This document shows positions 53,301 to 62,300 of a stretch of 64,000 bases of DNA, one piece after another. The notes under the pieces were generated by a model, which saw nothing but the letters and a program-made list of their open reading frames with translations, did not search any database and was not told where the DNA came from. Position 1 is the stretch's first letter. Each line of letters begins with the position of its first letter. The stretch comes from Raja brachyura (Eukaryota), in the NCBI GenBank assembly GCA_963514005.1, contig OY740782.1, positions 48,484,001-48,548,000 of the forward strand. Direction: 5' to 3'. Position numbers and translations under genes: made by a program.

Positions 53301-56300
53301 CTATTTACCAGGTAAGCTCAATACAGTGGCGGACACCAGGTCACGGAAATTTAATGACAACATCGAGTGGATGTTAAATCCCCAAATATTCGCCAAAATT
53401 ACAGCCAAATTTGGTAAACCGGATATTGACCTTTTTGCGTCACGGTTGAACCATCAGGTACCAACATACGTATCATGGGAACCAGATCCTGGGGCAATGG
53501 CGATGGACGCCTTCTCGCCAGACTGGAGGAAATGGTTTTTCTATGCATTTCCTCCATTTTGCCTCATCAGTCGGGTATTGCGGAAAATCCAGCTAGATGC
53601 TGCTAAAGGCATTCTTGTCATACCCGACTGGCCTACTCAGCCATGGTATCCGGTGGTCCTTGGTATGATCAGTCAACCATGGGTCCTCTTAAAGGGTTGC
53701 CCACAATTGGTGATGAACCCTGTTACAGGGGAACAACATCCCTGCCATAGTCGCTTGAAATTATTGGCTTGCAGGTTCTGAACAGACCATTACTGCAGTA
53801 TGGTCTCTCATCAAGGACAATGGATACAATTGGAGCATCATGCAGGGAGTCCACAAGACGGCAATATCTAACGCATATCAGGAAATGGGAAACCTACTGC
53901 GGCCGCTTGAACATTGCATATGACTCCGTTTCAATCACAGATGTGCTGGAATTCCTTGCGGGGTTGCATCATGACGAACACCTCAGCTACAGTGCCATCA
54001 ACAGCGCCAGGAGTGCGCTATCATTCTACCTCAATATTGAGGTAGGATCCAATAAACTGGTGTCCAAACTTATGCGGGGAATATTTAATTCCAATTCGCC
54101 AAGACCCCGTTACAACGTCACCTGGGACATTGGGAAAGTACTAACCCAACTCAGGACGTGGTCGCCCATGGCTGGGCTTGAATTGGACAAACTCACCCTG
54201 AAGCTGGTGATGTTATTGGCACTTACTTCAGCATAAAGGGTACAGACACTTCATAAGGTCAAGATTGACATAATGATCTCTACCCCAGAGAAAGTAATCT
54301 TCTTTGTTGATGAATTACTTAAGCAGCATAGACCTGGATACACAGGGCTGCAGCTGGTGTTTCCAGCATACCCCGCTGATGCTAGGCTATGCTTAGCCAC
54401 CTATATCTGCCACTATATAAGAGTGACACGGAAATTAAGGGGAATGATGGCTCAGGATCGTCTTGAATGAAGCAGGTATTGACACTAATGTCTTTAAATC
54501 CCATTCCACCAGGGCTGCATTAACGTCGGCGGCAAAGGTCATGGAAGTGCCCATGGACTATATTCTTGCCACAGCGGGATGGGCCAGTGAAGCCACCTTT
54601 CAACGGTTTTATAACAAACCTGTTACCGCTCCTGTAATGTTTGCAGAGGCCGTGCTGAATGTGGGTCGAGAACATACAGCTACTCCCCAGTGAGGGTTTT
54701 TTTCTTTTTGTTGTTATTAATAAATATTATTATTTTTCAGTACAAGCAGTCTGAAAATTTGATTACTCCTATTCATCCTTACAGTGGCGTGTGTGACAGC
54801 ATGGACGTTGTCCAGGGCATGAAATCACAGAGCTTTGAAGTCTTCACGAAGTCACTCACGTGACTCCGAAATGAAATAGTAAGATTAAATGAGAACTTAC
54901 CAGTTTGAAGTTTGATCTTTATTTTATGAGGAGTTGCGATGAGGGATTTTGTGCCCTCTGCTCCCAACCCTCGATCACAAAGTCAACTGGTAATTAGAGT
55001 CTCTTCCTTACTATAACAAGTCATTTCTTTGTTTGTTGGTTCTGTGATTCCACACCGCTGCTTTGAAGAATGTCGCGCATGCGTGCTGGTCGGTTCTTCA
55101 CGAAATCCCTCATCGCAACTCCTCATAAAATAAAGATCAAACTTCAAACTGGTAAGTTCTTGTTTAATCTTACTATTACATGGCATTCAGGAGTCTGATG
55201 GCTCGTGGGAAGAAGCTGATGCAGAACCTTGATGTTCTGCTCCTTAAGGGCCTGTCCCACCAGCACGCAACTATATGCGATGAACGCGATCAAACCGGCA
55301 GCGGGGGCCGCGCGGAGGTCGGGTGATCCCCTGTACAGGTCCGGTCCCACCAGCATGCGCCTGCATGCGGCAAGCGCAACTTAACCGGCAGTAGAGGCCG
55401 CGCGGAGGTTGGGTGAGTGGTGCAACGCGGCGCAAAGCAAGGCGAACTTGAAGCAAGTCCAAGGTAAGTTCGCCAGGACTTAGAGGGGCACACAGAGAGG
55501 GGCACCGAGACACACACACATACAGGGCCACGGAGCCACACACATAGAGGGTCACGGAGGCACTTACGAATAGTTTCATGGAGGCACGATGTCCAGGCGG
55601 TATGTAAATGTCGCGGCGACTGCGAGCCGACAAACCGTTGCCGCGCGGGATTTTTGGACATTGTCAGTTTTTCGGAGCCCCGCGCGGCATCGGGACGAAC
55701 TCGGGACGAACTCCGCACAATTCCGCACGGCTCCCGCGATCGAAGTGGGACCGGCCCCGCGACGCCGGACGGCTCAAGCGACCACGTTAGGTCGCGCTAA
55801 TCGCATCGAGTTGCATGCTGGTGGGACAGGCCCTTTATGCTGCGATATCTTTTTCCCAAGGGCAGCAGAGTGAACAGTCCGTGATGGAGATGTGTGGGGT
55901 CTTTTATAATACTGCTGGCCTTAGACACGCAACGTTTGGTCGCAATATCCCCGATTGAGGGGAGAGAGGTCCCGATGATTTTTTCCGCTGTCCTCACCAC
56001 TCTCCGCACAGACTTCCAGTCGGAGGCTCTACAGTCCCCAAACCAGACAGAGATACAGCTGGTCAGAATGCTCTCTATGGTGCCCCTGTAGAAAGTAGTG
56101 AGGATGGGACTTGTTGTTGATGTTGGGGGAGTCCAGAACCAGGGCCACAGTTTAAGAATAAGGTGTAAGCCATTTTGAACGGAGATGAGGAAACACTCCT
56201 GATGTCCTGATGTTGGGGGAGTCCAGAACCAGGGGACACAGTTTAAGAATAAGGGGTAAGCCATTTTGAACAGAGATGAGGAAACACTTTTTCACACAGA

Positions 56301-59300
56301 GAGTTGTGAGTCTGTGGAATTATCTGGCTCAAAGGGCGGTGGAGGCTGGTTCTCTGGCTACTTTCAAGAGAGAGCTAGATGGGGCTCTTAAAGTTAACGG
56401 AGTCAGGGGATATGGGGAGAAGGCAGGAACGGGTACTGATTGTGGATGGTCAGCCATAATCACATTGAATGGCGGTGCTTCCTTGAAGGACCGAATGGCC
56501 TACTCCTGCACCTATTGTCTATGTCTATTGAAATAATATGAATTTCTTTAACCACCAAAGCTGTTAATGTAACATTGTTTGAAGCAATGAGCTCCGGCTG
56601 CAATTCTTCTATTTGATTGAGGATAATTTGCAGGGTGCTACAAGATAAAACCTTATGAAATATATTCAAAGTTGACAATCCAATGTGCAGAAAATATAAC
56701 ATTTAGAATATTTCTGATTCTTGGATGGAAAAGATTGTTATAGTTCTCTTTTGCAGATCTTATGCAGTTTTGAAGTATTGCCCTCAAATGGAAAACCTGC
56801 TGCATTTTGAGTATGGAACAATCAAATTTTCCGTTTCCACAATGTTGCTACTAAACATAATATGGCTACAATTGTAAAAATGTTACCTTGAATTTAAAGA
56901 TTACGGCCTGTCCAGCTGCCGTGTTGGCCAAATGAACGAGTCGCGGACCATGAGTCTGTTTGGAAACATTTAGCACAAGCTCACTCGAAGTTTCTGATGC
57001 CAGATTGGAAACAGATAGAGCAATCTTCTGAAGCCCAGCTTTTTTACACCTGTACATTATAACTGGGCTTCCAGTTGTCACAGTCTGATTGTCAAACAAA
57101 GTCCATTTGTATATATATGCTCTGTTTCTCCACAAGTATTCTGAAAATAGAAAATGTTCTGTCACAACATGCATTCAAACACATTCAAATTATATATCAC
57201 TAACAATGCTTCCACTAAAATTATTCTTTTTTTCAATTTGCAATTTCCTAGATAAGGCCATTTTGAAAGATGACTAGATTTGCAACTTGGTTAGGTTTTC
57301 AGTAGGAAACTGAAATATAAAATCTATTGAACTAAACAATCTTGGAGTTGTTGATTGTAATATGCACTCAATAGTTGTTCTAAACGAAGCATTGCAGATA
57401 GCTTAAAAAAATGTTATTGTGCAATTCAAATAACATTTGGAAGGTGAGTTAGGAAATTTTTTTGGATTTGAAAACAGTAATTTGTGGGGTACCACAGTGA
57501 TCAGTGCTGGAGACACAATGTAAATGAGTTGGGTGAAAGGACCAAGTGTCCTGAAGGAAAATCTGTTGATCTTGCAAAGATGGGTTAGATAAGTACATTT
57601 GGAGGAGAATGCAAATAATTTGCAGCAGCATATACAGTGGGTGAGATTAAATGAGTAGGCAAGAAGCTGGCAGTTGGGGTATAAAGTGGGAAATATTTAA
57701 ATGAAAAACAAGACTACAAAATGTTGCAATACTGAAGGATCAGCAAGTCTGGGAGCATTAAAAAAACCCAAAGGACAGGCGTTGGCAAATTGATAATTAC
57801 AGTTAATTCAATTAGTTTCATTTTATTTGGATTCTGGTCATGGGTATAACAGCTAAAAATAGTTATGCATGTCAACACTGTCAATAAGCAGGGCTAGAAC
57901 CCATTTCAAAAAGCAGCTCCAATGTAAAGCAATACCGTTGATCATTCAGGTAACAAATATTGTTTGTCACAACTACATCTTATATATCTTGACAACTGAT
58001 TAAAACCATTCCAAGTTTCTGTAAATTTTAGGATGGGAAGTGTCATAGACCTCGGTAACAATTGTACTGAACAACTTAATACTGAACGGTCAATTTTAAT
58101 ATTTTATTAAGACTCACCATTAACCTTTGCAATAAGAATGATATCTTCTTCTACAATAGGTTGTTGTTGTATTTCTATAGAGATAATGTGAATTTCTTTT
58201 ACGACCAACGTTGTTAATGTAACATTGTTTGAAGAGATTAGGTTAGTGACTTGAAGCAACATCTGTAATTCCCCAATTTGATTGAAGGTAAATGGCAAAT
58301 CCAGTGAACTCTCTGCCACATAACTGCTCGTGTTAAACACAGTGGAATCATTTACAAATATTTCAAGGTTCAGATGTGTACCAGAGGTCACACAAATAGA
58401 GATAATTACTGTTTGGTTGACTGTAATTATGTTGGGAACGCTTGTTGTTATATCTCCCACAACATCTTGCACTGTAAACTGGATGGCATTTCCAGTTGTT
58501 TCACTTAACTTGTTTCTTGCTGATGCACTGACCAAGTAAACTCCTGGCTCTGAGTAGGAATACATCACATGAGGTGTATGTGTATGTACATTTGTAGAGT
58601 TTGAAGTAAATGTCCACGTGTATGTAATGTTGGTTCCTTGGACTACATGAGCATGAAGAATGATTGTGGAACCAGTTGGTAAGTATCTGGGACTAGAGCT
58701 GGACACTGAGAGGCCTTCAACTGCATCCTGGACTTCAATTGTTGTACTAAACGAAGCATTGCTGATCGGATTAGAAGCTGTCACGTTCAACACGTAGATT
58801 CCTGGTGCATCAAATGAGTGCTGGAGAAGCCAATCAGCAGTCCTTCTTCTACTTACTGTACTGTTATCTTTCTGAATAGTCCAAACACAATGTGAACCAA
58901 TCTTACTGACTATACTTACAACCCGAAAAGTAAGATTTGTTTTTGAAGGCAATACTTGATCCCATAGAAATAAATCAATTTTTGTTATGGGATCATAAAC
59001 CTGTATGAGCTCTGCTAGTGCTGCATTAACAACATCCAGACCATTATACAGGCCAATGGAAATGTTGTAAGCACCAACAAATCTATAGGTATGGAAGATC
59101 TGAATGCGCAAAGTGCAATTCTGAAAGCCATAGTCTTCCATCAGTTGCAGATGAGACCGTCTTTCAAATGCTGGTGAATGGTCACTCAGTGTATGGCGAT
59201 GAGTCATTCCCGTTTCAAATGTAATGTCAAAAACTAATAATTGGCGAATTGTAGTAAACAGTTCCAATTCTAATGTTAGGTTTTCACCAACAGCAACATG

Positions 59301-62300
59301 GTAACCCCTTCTTGGCTGAAATGTTAGGCTTGAGAGTGATTCCTTAACAACAGCCTGGAGGAACAAAATGATAAATTAACATTAGGGCATGGCAATAACA
59401 AAACAGAAATGTTGTTGGAAATATTCAGCAAAACAGGTGGCTCCTGAGGAAAGAGCAACCTTACATTAGACTTTATTTCAGATTTCCAGCATCAACAGTA
59501 TTTTGCTTTCAAACTCAAAAATGGTTAATATTCTTATAATTGAGAAAGGTCATCTGTTAATACATTTTATCCAAGTGATAATGCAGATTAGGTCAGGGTT
59601 AGTTCTGGCAACTTTAGGAGTCAAACAATCTTATTGATTGACTATTGTTGAAGTGTCTGAATTATTGCAAAGTTATGGATTTGGAGCCCAAAACCCATCA
59701 ACACTATTAAGGGTCATGCCATTAATTGAATATTTCCTCCCAAAGTGCAACATCACACACTCATTGGATTAAACTCCATCTGTCATTTCGCTAGCCATTT
59801 CTGTAGCTGATCTATATCCTGCCGTATAATTTGATAGCCTTCCTCACAGTATGCGCTCCCAGCAATCTTACTATCATATGCAAATGTACTAACTTTGTTT
59901 ATATCCAAGTCATTTATATCAGCAAACAGCAGAAGTCCCAGCACAGATCCCTGCAAAACTCTACTGCCCACTGACCTCCTGCCTGAATATTGTCTTCCAC
60001 CACAACCCTCTCTGTCTTCCATCACTAAACCTGTTCTGAATCTATATGACCATGTCGTAGTTAATTCCGCGCATTTAATCTTCCAAATCAGCTTTTATGG
60101 GAGATTGTATCAAATGCAAGACTTTTGGATAGTTACATGGATAGGAAACATTTTTAAAGATATGGATCCTAAACTCTGGCCAATTGCATGAACTTTGACG
60201 AACATCTTGTTCAGTTGGGCCGAAGAGCTTGTTTCCATTCTATATTGCTCTATTACTCGAAAGGCCTGATGAAGTGTACAAAACATCTAATAGTTATGCA
60301 TTTAAATTGGAAGGAAGTGATTGGTGATATCCCACTAGGATCCATGCTGGGGTTTCAATAATAATAATATTTGGTTATTTATTAATGATTTAGATTTAGA
60401 CAGAACAGTCATCGTTCCAGCTTTGCTTCTGACATAGTGATTGATGGATCGTGAAGAATGCAGATGACAGCATTCAATTACAAAGGAGACATTGATGAAT
60501 GAGGAACAGGGCAAACCTATAGCAGATGAATTTCAACTTTCTGTAAGTTTATCAATTTTATACCAAAGAGAGGCAGACTCCAGGTATTGCTCAACTGGTG
60601 AAAAGATAGGAATATTGAAGATGTAATAAGATATGGGAGCACAAATCACCAAAATGTATTGGTCTGAAGCAAAAATAAAATGACCATGCTAATAGAATTT
60701 TTATTTTTGTGATTAGATGGTTAGTATTTAAAGGACAGGAAACCTTGCCACATATGTACAAATTCTGGGTTAAATCTGGAATATATTTCACAAATTTGCG
60801 CTCCACACTTTAAAGACCAGCATGAGTGCACAGAAGCATTAGAATGGCCAAAGACAGACAAATCATTGGGACCTGATGATCTGTTCCCAAGAGTTTTAAA
60901 GGTTGTGGCTATAAAGACAGTGGACCCATTTTTGGAAATAGTTCAAAACCCTCTAGAGTCAGGGAGGGTATCAGAAGATTGGAAAACAGCCAATGTGACT
61001 CCACTGTTCAAAAAAGTAATAATGACAGAAGGAAATTAGACATCAGCTGGTTTCCATGTCGATTGTGAGCAAGATGCAAGCATCAATAATCAAAGACGAA
61101 ATAACTGATGTTAGGAAAGCAGTATGTAATCAAGCCTCATCAACATGGTTTTATGAAAGGTTTTACCTTTGAAAGATATGTTCACAATCTTTGAGGTTGT
61201 GACAATCTTTGAGGTTGTGTTGATAGAAAGGAACCGGTGTAGTTAGTTATATAAATTTCTAAAAGACACCTGCCAAGGTACCACATAAGAGGCTAGTGCA
61301 TAATTTAAGAGGTTGGTGCATAAATTAAGAACACAAAGTATTTAAAGAAATGTGTTAGCTTGGATTGGAAACTGCCAGACACAAATAAAATAAGAAGTGA
61401 TGCTGGACGGATGCAATTCGTGCAACATCCCAGGGATCAGTTCTTGGCCTTCAATTGGAGAAGGGAATGAAAGTTTGCTGATGATATGGAAATTGGTGGA
61501 AGAGCATGTTGTGTTGAGGGCATCGTGATTCTTCAGAATATATACAGATTGAGTGATTGGGTGAAAACCTGGCAGATGGATTTTAATTTGGGAAAATGTA
61601 TAGTTATGCTCTTCCAGGTAAGGGATGAAAAGCAGATTATTATGAAGTGAAGAGTGAAATACATTAACCTTTACTGCAAAGGGCTTGGAGTTTAAGAATT
61701 GAAAGATTCCCCAGATTAGATAATAAATTAGATAATAATCTAGAGAGGCTAATAATGTAGAGAGGCTAGATGGGGCGGCACAGTAGAGTATCGATAGAGC
61801 TGCTGTCTTACAGTACCAGGGAACCAGGTTCAATCCTGACTACAGGTGATGCCTGCACAGAGCTTGTACATTCTGCCTGTGACCATGTGGGTTTTCTCCG
61901 GGTGCTCCAGTTTCCTCCCACACTCCAAAGACGTACAGATTTATAGGTTAATTGGCTTTGGTTAAAATTGTAAATTGTCCCCCAAGTGTGTAATATAGTG
62001 TTACTATACGGGGTGATCGCTGGTCAACACATACTCGGTGCACCGAAGGGCCAGTTTCCATGCTGTTTCTCTAAAGTCTAAAAGGCTAGATAATTTGGTC
62101 AGTGTTCCCTGGAGCTGAGAAGAATGAGGCGTAACCTTGTTGCAATATATAAGATCGTTAGATGACGTGACATACGTTGAGATGTTTCATGAGTGGGAGT
62201 ATCAGAAACAAGGGGACAGAGCTACAAAATAAAGGGCCGGTCATTTAAAACTAAGGTTTCTGGAAATGTCTTCTCTCATGAGCGCAGCGAATCTCTGGAA

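Larger units (their letters stand above)
49873..55180 (+). mobile_element. DIRS1-type tyrosine-recombinase retrotransposon, near intact
   Basis: ITR 49901-49935 / 55070-55104; ICR about 54841-54947 complementary to the left end and the right extension; gag, RT-RH-MT and YR frames present. Confidence 0.95.
49697..56110 (-). mobile_element. Rex1/Babar 3' fragment, interrupted by the DIRS and a MITE
   Basis: FYRGTIESILTSCISVWFG..GKRYRSI|RSRTSRFCISFFPRAIRLLN; (GACTT)n tail at 49697. Confidence 0.85.
49640..56530 (+). mobile_element. CR1 3' fragment split into 49640-49696 and 56118-56530 by nested insertions
   Basis: ETYKIIKGLDTLEAGNMF resumes as MLGESRTRGHSLRI..HFFTQRVVSLWN. Confidence 0.82.

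Noticed and set aside
50586-54693. Bacterial or phage RT-methylase-integrase system, or contamination
   Set aside because: The domain order and ITR/ICR ends are those of eukaryotic DIRS1, and the element is integrated cleanly in a LINE within an intron.
56460-56702. 80-aa ORF as a real PKD1L1 exon
   Set aside because: Duplicate fragment with indels that runs into a CR1 tail; the neighbouring exons already join in frame without it.
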